A DNA stretch of 64,000 nt. It comes from Mobula birostris (taxonomy: Eukaryota). The notes beneath the pieces are model-generated. The model searched no databases and was not told where the DNA came from. It was given only the letters and a program-made list of their open reading frames with translations. The position numbers were made by a program, and so were the translations under genes. The stretch lies in contig NC_092380.1 in NCBI RefSeq assembly GCF_030028105.1, forward strand, positions 112,211,899 through 112,275,898, given 5' to 3'. Below, piece after piece: positions 25,666-39,589 of this stretch (position 1 is its first letter; each line of letters starts with the position of its first letter).

Positions 25666-26906
25666 AGTTGGAGACTAAAATGCGTCTCTTGAGTCATCAC
25701 ACAGATTAACCAATTTGGGGAATCATGCTATGCTAACTTCAAAAGCACTCGCAGAAGCTATGAAACAAATTTACCATATGCTCTGAGTGAGCAGTTTCAA
25801 TTCTGTGATAGAATTCCACATATTTTGGGCACATTTGATGTTAAACTCTACATTCTTGATTGTTCATTGAAAACTTCTAATGTTTTTAAAAGCACTTTCC
25901 TTCCCTATATCCACACCCCACATCTCTCCCACTCACTGATGTTGAGAGTAATTTCAAGTTATGACCATAATACATTGGAGCAAAATTAGGCCATCCAGCC
26001 CATCAACTTAATTTCGCCATTCCAGCATGGCTGATCAACAGATAGTAATCCTTCTTAACCCCACTCTCCCGCCCTCTCCACATAACCTTTGACGCCCTGA
26101 CAAATCAAGAGCTCTGCTTTAAATACTCTCAATGCCATACCCAAGTCATAACACCGAGAGACTTCATCCCAAAGTATGCAAGACTTCCTTGCTGTCTTGG
26201 AAGAGTCAAGAGTGGCTGGTGCTTAGATCCATCACGTCTGAACTAAGCACCAGCACAGGACTGTGGAGATCGGGAGAGTGAAGGGTATCGTTTGATGCAA
26301 GGCCTGCATGTGTGAGAGTCCGGGGCCAAGGACTGGTGGCCCAGTGGCGGCATTTCCTGGCGTGGAAGGCAGTTGTGAGTGTGAGTGGGTTGCAAAAGCC
26401 TCTTGTTTTGTTCTGGTGTTGGTGCTGTTGCTTGTGTTCTACCGAATATAGTGGGCATGCCATATTGGCACTGAAATGTGTAGTGAAACTTGTGGGCTGC
26501 CTCCAGCACATCCTTAGATTGTACTAATTGTTAATGCAAATGATGCATTTCACTGTGTGATCAATAAATCTGAATAAACATTGAAACACACAGTGAGATG
26601 TGTCTTTTTGTGTCAATGAACAATACTGTCTGAGGATGTGCTGGGGTGATAAATAAATCTGAATGCTTGCAGAATTTCAGGTTGATACAAGGGCCCAGAA
26701 CTATGCATTCCATTACTCAGTTTTACACAAATACATGATGAAGAACCCAAATTTTGTGATTAGGATTAGATTAGATTAGATTAGAGCACCATTTTACAAA
26801 GCAGCATAAATGCATCAAGTTAAACAGTTTCAAGAACAGTGTCACCAAAGCCAGCTCCCAAAATACCGCCAAACACAAAGGCTATTTTCCATTCAGCTTT
26901 TCTTAC

Positions 26907-27078
26907 CGAGGTTTGTGACCAGTCAGCATGAGAAAAGCATCATAAAACAATGCAGGCACTGTATGACTGACAGCAATCCAATAGTGATGCAAAATGGGAT
27001 TGGAGCGTAGGTTAACATTTGGGCGTCTCATTGCCCGTTCTAAAGGATTCATCTTGAAGGACAAATTTACATGATATT
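26907..27078 (-). CDS. FAR1: FAR1 exon 9b (duplicated alternative exon), 172 nt, [20 protein letters not shown]...LTGHKPR
   Basis: Acceptor TTTTCTCTGCAG, donor CG|GTAAGA. Same length and phase as 9a, no stops, 38/58 aa identical to 9a. Confidence 0.88.
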
Positions 27079-27354
27079 CTGCAGAGAAAATAAGTATGAT
27101 GTTGTTTTGAACAAAAACATTGCAGATACTAGAGGGATAAAAATGATTTAAAGGAACAAGTCCAGGCTTCAAAGTCATTTGGAATAATACTCAGTGAAAA
27201 CAGAAAATGCTATAAACGCTTGGCATTTGTGTTCAGAGAAACAGTTAACATTTCAGTTCTCCACCAGAGATCCAAAGCAGTAACTGTGTCTCTCTCTCTC
27301 TCCACAGATGCCGTCTGACCTGATGAGCGTTTCCAGTATTTTCTGCTTTTATAT

Positions 27355-27635
27355 TTACTTATTGACATACAGCATGGAGTAGACCTTCTGGCCCTTCGAG
27401 CCTCGCCACCCAGGAATCCCCCAATTTAACCCTAGCCTAATCACGGGACAACTTACAATGACCAATTAACCTACCAACCGGTATGTCTTTGGACTGTGGG
27501 AGACAACCAGAGCACCCGGCGGAAAATCATGAAATCACAGGGAGAATGTAAAAATTCCTTACAGGCAGCAATAGGAATTGAACCCAGGTGGTAGGTACTC
27601 GAAAGCGTTGTGCTAACCACTACGCTACCGTGCCG
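27355..27635 (-). mobile_element. V-SINE/HE1-like SINE between exons 9a and 9b
   Basis: tRNA-like head GGTAGCGTAGTGGTTAGC...GGGTTCAATTCC plus conserved GGGTGCTCTGGTT.TCTCCCACAGTCCAAAGAC domain. Confidence 0.8.
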
Positions 27636-28266
27636 TATGCAGTGTCCCCAGATTTCCAATTTTGCAAATGTAGGCTTATCATTCACGGATTAGTTGCATC
27701 CGGTCAGATGCCAACGTTACACTTCGATTTAGATTACTCGATGATGATGGCAAAATAGTCTTGTTAAATCACAAAAGAACGTTGCAATGATGACCCTAGT
27801 CCTTAGTGAAAGTTAAAGATACACAAGTTCTTAACCATTCATAGGACACTTTAATCAAATGGTGACAGTAGACCCTTTGCCATTCGAAGGTGTCTTCTTC
27901 ATCACCCTGTCTCAACTGGACCCACTCTCAAGCTAGAATTTGAGGAATATTTGAGGATAGATACTTTGAAGCTGGAAAACTTCCTTTAAACATGTTCACA
28001 ACTCTTCAACATTTCTATGTTTCAGCAATTTCACGATAAGCTTAAATGAGAGAAGCTACTTGTGCATTAATCTACATCATCCTTTCAGGAAGAGTGACAC
28101 ACGGCAAGATCACCAATTAGTATTCATTGCTGCTGTATGAAGCACCCATTTGCTGAGGTCCTTTGCACATTAAGTGGCCGGGAAGAGATAATGAATTGAG
28201 GACTGAGAATTAGAGTACATTTTCAATGATTCAGTTAAGCATACAGGGTAAAGCTAGCCACCATTA

Positions 28267-28482
<216 letters not shown>

Positions 28483-29352
28483 CTACTCAAAACCTCAAGC
28501 AAGGTCAACAAGGGTCATGGCGAGTAAAGGAAACATCAGAACAAATGCACAAATGGTCTTTGGTCACCACAAGTGGCATTGCCAGAAATTAGCAATGGGA
28601 ATTTAGAGGGGCCAAATTTCACCTTTTACTGAACAATCAGTATTTTTCATCCAGTATGCTGAAAAAGTTTTGAGTTTGAATTTTGAATCTTTATTTTATT
28701 TAGATCTGCATCACCGTGCAACTCACCGACTTAACTTTAGCCCAATCTTAGGACAATTTACAATGACCAATTAACCTACGAACAAATTAATGTACTAAAG
28801 TCTTTGGACTGTGGCAGGAAACCCAAGCACCCAGAGAAAACCAATATGCACTAAGAAAGAACATACAAACCTTGCTACAGAACACACTGGATTTGCATTC
28901 CAAACTCCAATGACCCAAACTGTAATAACGTAGTGCTAACAATCTGGGAAATTCAGATTCTGACAAACTGATGTGTTACCTAGTGTTGTTTTACTAGGTT
29001 CTGGCAGAATAACCACTTGATTTATGTTCAGTTGGAAAACTAAACATCTGACCAAAACAGAATTAAGCAACTCCATCTCTGAAAATTATAGAAGTTTTTC
29101 TAAAGATCCGAAAGTGACTGACCAACATGAAGGCAAAAAGATATTTCAAAGTTTGAGTACACAAACCACCATAAAGAAAGGAAGTGAGAGGTTTGTACCA
29201 AGCACACACCAAATTGTAACATATCTTTTAACACGTAATCCTGTCAGCTGCTGAATGATCCCAATATAAAACTGTAGCAATGGTATTGGATCAGGGTGTT
29301 TAACTGTTATTTTTTTGAAGTTTAACAATTGTTTGTTTGTGTTTTATAAAAA

Positions 29353-29745
29353 TGTAACTATTTAGTATGTTTCCTAGTGGTCACAGTATAAATAAATAAT
29401 TGTTCAGTGTGTCCCCTACAGGTTACATTTGTACAATTCTGGAAAGCTCTGGAAGCTTCTCTGGTGCTGCGTTATTTGAATCGAAGCTTTCTGGTTGGCT
29501 GAATCTTATCCGCAAATTTAAATGGATTGTTTGTTATCTATGGGTAGAGAGAAAGCGGGACATGCAGCGGAACCACTTTCTTTTCTTTATGCTCTTCTCG
29601 CTCTACTTACAAGACCTCTGTCACTATCCATTTCAGATATGCTTTGTTCTATTAACACTTAATAAAACTATTGTGATTCAACAAGTTTTGTGCCTTTTTC
29701 CTGACTTCCGGAAAAACTTTGGACTAAAAACATCAGAATCTAACA
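29353..29745 (+). mobile_element. Possible LTR fragment
   Basis: TGTAAC...CTAACA ends, repeated GAAGCT(T/C)..TGG motifs, AATAAA at 29661; no TSD confirmed. Confidence 0.3.
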
Positions 29746-31791
29746 GTGGTATACAAAGATGATAACTGTTCTTTGGAGGTACCTTTCAAGGTTGGCTTTA
29801 TGCATTGTATACGAGCTACAAAGGGAATCGGTTTGCTGACTGGTTATCCTTCTTGGTTACTTATGTGAAATTTATTGTCGCTAGTAATACAAAACAAGTA
29901 AATGCTGGATCTAAACACAAAATAATGAATCTACATTATTAGAGTCTGCTAAGTCTTTATCAGCATTAAAGTGCCACAGGTCCACACCAACCATCGCAAC
30001 CATTGTCATCAGTGTGTTACATGGTGGAAAAATGGCAAGAATCAAATCCAGATTGAAAAGGAGGTCCAGAGGAGATTTATGGGAATGAGGAGCATTTGAT
30101 GGCTTTTGGCCTGTACTTGCTCAAATTTAGAAGAATAAGGGGAGAAACTTATCGAATATTGAAAGGCATAGTTAGAGTGGATGTGGAGGGGATGGTTTCT
30201 ACAATGGGGGAATCTAGGATTAGAGGGCACAGCCTCAGAATAGAAGGGTGTCAGAGGTGAGGTGAATTTGTTTAGCCAGAGCACAGTGAATCTTGTGGAA
30301 TTCATTGCCACGGATGGCTGTGGAGGCTAAGTCAGCGGATATATTTAAACCAGAGATTGATAGCTTCTTGGTTAGTCAGGGCATCAAATGTTAATGGGAG
30401 AAGGCAGGAGAATGAGACTGAGCGGGATAATAGATCAGCCATGATGGAATAGCAGAGCAGACTCAATGGGGCAAATAGTCTAATTCTGCTGCTATGTCTT
30501 ATGGGCAAGTTGATTTTATATGATGTACACATAGTTAATGATTTCCTCTTTTTACAGGCAAATCAGGTATTTATTACACACTCAACTTTCCAGTTTGAAA
30601 CAGTAGGCTGGACAATTGCATTAGATAAGCTTGAATGAAAATCTGAAGTTACACCAAAAAAACTTTCACTTCTGAATGTAAACAGAAACACCTTTAAAGG
30701 CGTGTTAACTTTAAGCACTTAAAAGTACCATTAAGTATAATGTTCATGCAATTTAATGTTTCCAGTTTGGCAACACTTACTTCAAACCAACAATTTATCT
30801 TTAACATTTTAATAAACAAAAGGCACTTTACTTGAAAGATCAGGGGAGGTGCTACTGACTGAGAAGGTTTAAAGTATTTAACATTACGTGGAGTTTGCTA
30901 CAGAGGAAATAGCAGCTATTTTATTTATTTTATTTAGAGATACAATATGGAACAGGCTCTTTGGCCCAACGAACAGCAACTCCTGGCAACCCACCTATTT
31001 AACCTGAGCCTAATCACAGGACAACTTACAATGACCAATTAACGTACTGTGGGTGGAAACCAGAGCACCTGGAGGAAACCCACACGGTCACGGGGAGAAC
31101 ATACAAACTCCTTGCAGACGGTGCCAGAATTGAATTCCGTACTCCAGAACACCCGAGCTATAATAGCCATGCTAACTATTACACTACCGTGGCACCCTTG
31201 GATCATTAAGGATCACTTTTAACAGAGATTTCACTGAGCTGGCACCCCATGAATTTTGAAAAGCAGCATGGAAAGATCACGTGAAAAGAAAATGTCACCT
31301 AAAAAAACTTTGGTACATCAAGGGAGGAATGTTTAAAGATGAAGCAATCATTCTAGAAGCAATAAAACTCCTGGCCTTGAGGAAATAAATTTGAGAGATT
31401 TTTGAGAAGAAAATTAAAGTGAAAGTGAATATTTTCATTATTTGACTCCCTGCACATTAAGAATTCATGGTGCTTTTCAACCTCATTCCCTAATCTGTAG
31501 TGGTGACTTTCTTTTCTGTGCAAACAGCAGTAGCATGCAGGCAATTAGTTAGAGGACGAGTTGGCCATCAAATGTCCTCCATGGGTCACAAAAGAGCAAG
31601 AGGCTTCACAATCATGCTGGAAAGCTCCCCATGCAAAAGGACCAAATACATGGACACATTTAGATATCTTCCTTGGCTTCATTTCAATCAGAAGAACTCA
31701 GATCACTTCAGCATGCAGTTGATTACTCCAACACTACATTCCCACAACACACGGATTATAATTAAATCAAAAGACAAGCAGTTAACATTTA

Positions 31792-31953
<162 letters not shown>

Positions 31954-33559
31954 TCATAGGTCATAATCAAAACAGTATTCAGCTTAAACCTTACCAAACC
32001 CTGCAAACCCCTTTACTATTAGATTTTTGAATGGGTATGAACTGATGAAAGACTGGCAGCAATGGAAGAACCTTGTGGAGGACCCATGTGCCACCTAGGC
32101 ACTAATGGTTCAGACGACGAGACAACGATGAACGGATGAACCCTACCTCCCTATTGTATTTAGCTCAGTTTTGTACTACATTTCATTATTTTATATATTT
32201 CCAATTATAATCTGTAATATATTTTATGTATTGCATTGTACCACTGCTGCAAAATAACACATATGCCAGTGATAGCAAACTTGATTCTGATTCTGCATCT
32301 TGGTAAATGTGATAATCAAAAAACAACCACCAGTTAGTGCACAGGGACAAAAATCTAAATTAAATTGAAATGAATGGTTTTATCCCTCGGGGATGGGACA
32401 CCCAGGATGAAAATTAAGTTATCTACACCTGATCCACTCTGTTGACACTCAGTATCTAAGTCAACCCTTTGTCTTAAAGATCACATCTCATTCTCACAAC
32501 TCTGCTCTCGTCCTGTGACCCGTCCTGGGACTGAAGGCCTGTCTGTGTGTGTGGTGGATGCTTGGGTAGGAGAGCAAACAGGAAAGGGGCTTGTTTTGCT
32601 GTTGTGCTTTGTTTTTTTTTGGTTGTTATTTGTGTTGTTCTGTTGAATATTGTGGGCATGCTATGTCAGAATGTGTGGAGACACTTGTGGGCTGCCTTCA
32701 GCACATTTCAGGCTGTGTTGGGTGTTAATGACACACTTCACTGTATGTTTTCACCTGATCCCTCAACATTTTTCCTTGAGTCAAGAAAGCACATCAGTGT
32801 CTTCACTTTCTGAGGAGATTGAGGTGAGTGAGGCACCCCTCCTATTCTAATTATTTTTACAGGAGCATCATCGAGTGTGTCCTGATCAGCTGCTTCACTG
32901 TCTGGTATGGAAATTACAAGACATCTGACTAAGTCCCCACAAAGGATTGTGACGACTGCCGAGAGGATCATCAGGGTCTCTGCCACCCATCGGAGATATT
33001 TATCAGGAGCACTGCATATGCAGGGACCTTAGCATTGTCAATGATCCCTCCCATCCGTCCAACAATCTCTTTGACCACCCCACCCCACTATCAGTCAGAA
33101 GATACCGTAGTGTTATGACAAGAATTGTTAGGATGAGAAGCTGTTTCTTCCCAGAGGCCACAAGATTTCTGAACTTCCTGCCACGGCCCAGGTCCTACAT
33201 TGCATGAAGTGCCAGTAGCTTTATAATGTTTACTTTTTAACCTGTGTTGTATATGCACATTATTTGCTAATTTTACTAACGGTAATATTACTTTATATAT
33301 TGTGTGAGAGTTATATGTACAGTGTTGTGCGCCTTAGTCTGGAGAAATACTGTTTCATTTGATGGTATACATTTGTACAGTTGAATGACAAAAAACTGAA
33401 CTTAAACTTGATGTGATAATGAAAATGAACTTGAACTTGATGTGATAAATAAGTGAATCTGAATCCACAGGTCACCCTTTAGTAAGTACTCTGTCAAGAA
33501 GTCCTTGCCCCAATACATGTCCAGTTATCTCTAAAATTTAGAGGAGTCACCTGCTGTAC

Positions 33560-33678
33560 CTATGAACTCCCGAGTACCACGCAGCAGCCAGAGTCATGTT
33601 GATGACCACATCAACGGGGATCAGGTCAGCCACAGCGCTGTTTGCTGCTCTCATTGTGCGCAGGATTCCTTTCCCAGC
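33560..33678 (-). CDS. FAR1: FAR1 exon 7, 119 nt (128 nt with alternative donor ending at 33551), AGKGILRTMRA...YSGVHR
   Basis: Acceptor TTTCTCTTGCAG; donors TAG|GTACAG and CAG|GTGACT are 9 nt apart. Confidence 0.94.
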
Positions 33679-35017
33679 CTGCAAGAGAAACCAGGGCAAT
33701 ATGGGTGCGGGTAAACAGTTCCAAAATTCATTGACAATTACATTACAAATCAAGGCAGACAACAGAACTGCACACTGCACAGGATCGGAAAAAGGGTGCA
33801 GAAAGTTGTAACCCCAGCCAGCTCCATCCTGGGTATTGGCCTCCCCAGCATTAAGGACGCCTTCAAAAGGCAGCATCCATCACTACAGGCCCCAGCACCC
33901 AGGACGTGCCCTCTTCTCATTGCTACCATCAGGGAGGTACAGGACAGGAGCCTGAAGATATACTCAACGTATCAGGAACAGCATCTACCCACTGCCAGAT
34001 TTCTGAATGGACAGTGAACCACGAACACTCCCTCAGTAGTTAGTTTTGTTTTTTTTTCCTTCTCCTTTTGCACCAGTAACTTAATTTTTTATATATAGTT
34101 CTTAACACAATTTATGTTTTTACTATACATTGCAATGTACTGCTACTGCAAAACAACAAATTTCACAGCAAATGCCAAAGATATTAAACTTGATTCTGTA
34201 CAGCAAACTAGAGCTTACAGCTGAAGAGGCAGCATAGCAACTTAGTGGCTAGCATTATGCTTTATGGTGCTATCAACCTGGGTTCAATTCCCATCACTGT
34301 CTGTAAGGTGTTCACACATTTCCCCTGTCCACGCAGTTTCTTCTGGGTGCGTCGGGGTCCTCCCATGTTTCAAAGGTTAGTAGGGTTAGTATGTTGTGGA
34401 CATGCTATGTTGGTGCCGGAAGCGTGACAACATTTGTGGGCTTCCCCCAGCACATCCTCAAACTGTGTTGGCTATTGACACAAACAATGTATTTCACTGT
34501 ATGTCTTGATGTACATGTCACAAATGAAACTAATCTCTAATCTCTCTAGGCTCTTTCTGTTTAAAAAAAAAGTTCAAATGCTTAAATAATAAAAATGCAG
34601 CGGGTGCAAGTAAAATGCAAATCGGCGATTCCACATAGGTCATGGGAAGGCGAGACTCTGCAGTGCAGTGGAAGCACACACTTAGAAAATTTTTTCCTTG
34701 TATTCTAGGTTAAAAACTCAGCAGTTTTTTTGTGTCACCAATATATTTAACTCAGACAGTCTGAGGGCAAACAAACTGAATTTTGACAGCACACCAGAGG
34801 CTGGATTAGAAGTCTTTTAAAAGAAATGCAATCCTGAAGAAAGTTTAGAAGACTGTTTGCAGCAACATGGAAAATACTGGAAGAGGTCAGCAATTCAGGA
34901 GGCATCTGTGGAGGGAAATGGACAGCCGACATTTCAGAACCCTTCATCTGTCCACTTCCCTCCATAGATGATGCCTGAGCCACCGAGTGCCACAGGACCA
35001 TAAGACAGGAGCAGCAG

Positions 35018-35297
35018 GGTGCCGTGGCAGCATAGTGGTTAGTGTGACGCTATCACAGTGCAGGCCGTCAGAGTTCGGAGTTCCATTCCAGCATTCTCTG
35101 TAAGCAAACTTGTACATTCCTTCCTGTGGGCGCTTAGTTTCCTCCCACAATCCAAAGACGCGCCGGTTGGTAGGTTAATAAGTCATTATAAATTGTCCTA
35201 ATCCCTTTTGATTAGGCTAGGGTTAAATAGATGGGTTGCTGGGCAGTGCAGCTCGTTGGACCGGAAGGGCCTGTTCTGAATTGTATCTCTAAATAAA
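35018..35297 (+). mobile_element. V-SINE/HE1-like SINE
   Basis: A-box-like GGCAGCATAGTGGTTAG, V-domain core, AAATAAA end. Confidence 0.8.
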
Positions 35298-37491
35298 TTA
35301 GACCATTCTATCACGGCTGGTTTATTATTCCTCTGAACCCCATCGCCCAGCATTCTGCGTGTTACTTCAGATTCCAGCATCTGCAGTCTCCTGTACCTTC
35401 ATTAGATTACTTTTATCTCTGCTGTTGGTCTCATCATACTGGGATATGGTAGAGCAAGCGGTAGTTTCTTTTACACAGAGAGTGGTGGGTGTGTGAAATA
35501 CTCTGCCAGGGGTGGCAGTAGTGGCAGATACATTAAGGACATTTAAGAAACTTTTAGAAGGCACGTGGATGATAGAGAAATGGAGGGCTGTGTGGGAGAG
35601 GGGGGTTAGATTGATCTTTGAGTAGGTTAACAGTTCGGCAGAACACTGTGAGCCAAAGGGCCTGGAAGTGCTGTAGTGTACTATGTTCTAAGGACAGTGT
35701 GCGGGAGGGAGGTGTGGTGGCACTGACATGGAGGTACCAGAAAGCTGCATTTCACAATTTGCTACTAAACACACAGCAAGCATAATTTGGGGAAACAGAT
35801 TGGGAGAATTGCCTAAATATGCAGATAGAAATAAACTTGACAACAATAATCTCACCATGCAGGACATGGGGTACAGGAGCCTGAAGAGACACACTCAATA
35901 TCTTAGGAACAGCTTCTTCCCCTCCACTATCAGATTTCTGAACAGTCCATGAACACATCCTCACCTTCCGCACAACTTTTTTTAATATATTTCTCATTGT
36001 ATTTTGTAATTTTTTACATATTGCACTGTACTGCTGCTGTAAAACAACAAATTTCACAAAAATGTCAGTGCAATAACCCTGATTCTGATGATAATTACAC
36101 TGACATTGTACATCTAATTAGCACAACGGTAAAGATTAATTTAATATTCCACTGAGTTAACTGCTATCAAACATCTAGCATTTCATAAAATATGGAACTG
36201 TATGGGCCACTCAGACAAAGATGTCATGCCAACCATGACGTCTACTCCATGATCTATTTCACCCTTCCCTCCCACACAATCCATGAACCTCAATCTTCTC
36301 CTTACATCCATGCACTTATTAAAAGTTCCTACCATATCAGCTTCAAAAACCACCACCTGGTAGTTCACCTCAGGCACTCATCCCTTCCGGTGTGTAAAAA
36401 AAAAACTACCTCCTTAAACTTTCTCCACTCACATTATACAGACATCCTATGGTATTGGCCACCGAGTCCTGGAAAAATGCGCTGACTGCCCACTCTACCT
36501 GGGCTGGTTATCCATCAAATTCAGCAATGACAGGAAACCTGCGCAGGAGTGTTTTAAAAGTGAAAAAGACATTGCACTGGGGCAGTTCCACTTTCACGAC
36601 CTCAGAAGTGTGGTCCAGTGGTACGAGTGAGCAGTACCACAATCGGAGTTCTTGGTTGCAGTGGATGACCATGACTTCTCCTATACCTTGTTATAGCCAC
36701 AGGTGAGAGCTGAGTGTCCGGTGGGTCTCACAGGTGAGTGAGCTGCCCCAGAAAGTACACAACAAGCCCCTTCACCAGAGATGCTGCCCCTCCCTGAACA
36801 CCCCGTACACCACCCTATCCCTTCCTCTCAATCTTATACACTTCTATCAAGTTGCCCCTCATCCTCCTTCACTCTAAAGAGAATAGCCCTAACTCACCCA
36901 ACCATTCCTCATAAGATATTTTAAAAGATTTATTTTTAAACAAAGATTTAAAGATTAGCTTTATTTGTCACATGTACATCGAAGCATACAGTAAAATGTG
37001 TCATTTGCATCCCAAAATTTTTTTTTATTGCGAGACAGTGAAGAATAGGCCCTTCGAGCTGCTCCGCCCAGCAACCCCCCAATATAATCCCAGCCTAATC
37101 ACAGGGTAATTTACAATGACCAATTAACCTATCAACCAGCATGGCTCTGGAATATGGGAGGAAACCTGAGCACCCAGAGGAAACCCACGCGGTCACATAC
37201 AAACTCCTCACAGAAAGCAGCAGGAGTTTAACCCAGGTCGCTGGTACTGTGAAGTGCTGTGCTAACCACTATGCTACCATGCTACCCTATTGTGCCATGC
37301 AGCCCGAAGTATCACCATGTTTCTGGCACCAATATAGCAGGTTCATAACTCACTAGACCTAACCCGTACATTTTGGACTGTGGGAGGAAAGCCACGTGGC
37401 CACAGGGACAAGGTATAAACTCCATGCAGACAGTGGTGGGAATTCTGCCGATTTTACTGGTGATGCAGCAAAGCATTCCCACTCACTACAC

Positions 37492-37768
37492 CAGTGGTCA
37501 CCAACCTCCGGGCCGCGGACCGATACCGGGCCGTGAAGAATGCAGCGGTAGCCAGAAGGCACCCAGCATATCTTTAAGAAAAAAGCTGAAATAAACAAGC
37601 TAATTAATTAGGTGCCGCCGTCACCTCTGATCTGGGCCGACATTTACATGCTGGGCGGCACCTGTTTAGTTTGGCTTTTTTCTTAAAGATGTGCTGGGTG
37701 CGTTCCGGCTACCGCTGCACTCTTCACGGCCTGATATCGGTCTGCAGCCCGGAGGTTGGGGACCACTG
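37492..37768. mobile_element. Palindromic hAT-type (Charlie/MER1-like) MITE, 277 bp
   Basis: TIR CAGTGGTCACCAACCTCCGGGC / GCCCGGAGGTTGGGGACCACTG, inverted arms over 100 bp, 8-bp flanks CACTACAC and CACTACTA. Confidence 0.88.
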
Positions 37769-38008
37769 CACTACTATTCATACACCTTATCAGTAAACAC
37801 TTCAGAGCTTATAACTAGCATTGCTTCATGTTGATCATTAGAACTTGCAATGAACTGTAATGGATATCACATAGCACCATTAGCTAACAGGGTATTGGGT
37901 TATAGAAGATGAGCACTTTATGTTGCAACTAAATACAATGCTGAGGCTAGTGTGTTTTATGTAGCCAATCTTAGGACCCAAGAACTGATGGAAGTGTATA
38001 TTACTTAC

Positions 38009-38053
38009 TGCAATGAAGAGCCCACTTGGTCCATTGAAGTTGTCAATCCAGCC
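38009..38053 (-). CDS. FAR1: FAR1 exon 6, 45 nt, GWIDNFNGPSGLFIA
   Basis: Pyrimidine tract plus CCCAG acceptor, donor GCA|GTAAGT, peptide matches vertebrate FAR1. Confidence 0.95.
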
Positions 38054-39589
38054 CTGGGTCACAGGAGAGAGAAGAATAATGGAAAAAATATTATTCAATG
38101 TACTTAGCAAGTACTAATACTTAACAATGACATTAATTATCTAAAATACTGATCATCACCTTCCAGGACATGCACTCTTCTCTTAACTACCATCAGGGAG
38201 GAGGTACAGGAGACAGAAGGCACAAACTCTATGTTTTAGGAACAGCTTCTTACCCTCCACCATCAGATTTCTGAATAGACAATGAACTCATGAAAGCTGC
38301 CTCACTATTTGGCTCCCTTTTTGCACTATTTATATTTTCTATATTTCTTATTCTAACTGATATTGCACTAACTGCTGCCGCAAAACAACCAATATCACAA
38401 AACACTGACGTTATCTTGTTTTCATTGATTCTATTGTGTTTCTTTATATCTACAGTGAATGCCTGCAAGAAAATGAATCTCAGGGGTGTATAAGGCAACA
38501 TATATGTACTTTGATAATAATTTTACGTTAAACTTCCTGTATGTCAGTGATAAACTTGATTCAAAAATCAATAAAATTGGAATAAATATATTAATAAAGG
38601 CAACAATGAAAACTACTTGACTTGCAGAGAAACCATCCTCGGATGACAAGGATGTTCCACTTCACCAGACATCAAATAGATTTTATCCGTAAATCAGAAA
38701 ATACACACAAAACAAAAATCACTCAATTTGGTGACCATACTTCCACAGTATTGCAATGAATGACATCAAAAGGGTACAAAGTTTAAGAAAGAACCATTAC
38801 TAAAGAGTAGTACATCAGAGACGCATTCCTCTCTACCACTGGTAGTATCTACAGGAGCCACTGTCTTAAGAAGGCATCATCCATCAATGGTCCTCACCAT
38901 CCAGGACATGCTATCTTTTTGCAGCTACCAGTGGGCAGGAGGCACACAAAACTTAAGATCCCTAAACTTGTGCTACCAACTTTCCTCACCCACTATTTGT
39001 AGCCATGACATCCGTCATGTGCCAATAAGCTCTGGGAATTCTTCTTCTCCACTTTAATACCTCGATCCTTTTGAGGAAGAATCCTTAATATCTGCCTCTT
39101 TGCCTTGGTTACCCAGTCAAGGAGGGGTTAATTAATTGGCTCTGAACTTCCTCTATGATTCAATAAGATCAAAGCTAATCCCTTGCTTTGTATATTTTCT
39201 CGCAACCTCCATATCATAAGGAGAAGAATTAGGCCATTCAGCCCAGTGAGTCTGCTCCACCATTGTGGCTGACTTATTATCCCTCTCAACCTCATTCTCT
39301 TGCTTTGCCCCATACCCTTGACCCCCTTACTCATCAGGAACCTATCAAACTCTATTCTAAATATACCCAATGACTTGGTCTCCACAGCTGTCTGTGGCAA
39401 TGAATTCCATAGAATCACCACCCTCTGGCAATAGAAAATCCTCATTTCTGTTCAAAAGGAATGTCCTTCTATTCTGAGGCATGCGCTCTGGTCCTAGCCT
39501 CCCCCACTATAAGGAACAAGTCTTCAAATAATTCAGTCACATTCTTCAATCAAGCACTAGCAATCCTTTAACAATACACACAAAATACT

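Noticed and set aside
26907-27078. Exon 9b as an assembly duplication or a fragment of a separate FAR2 gene
   Set aside because: It is about one-third divergent from 9a at protein level with unrelated flanks, and no other FAR exon is duplicated in the window.
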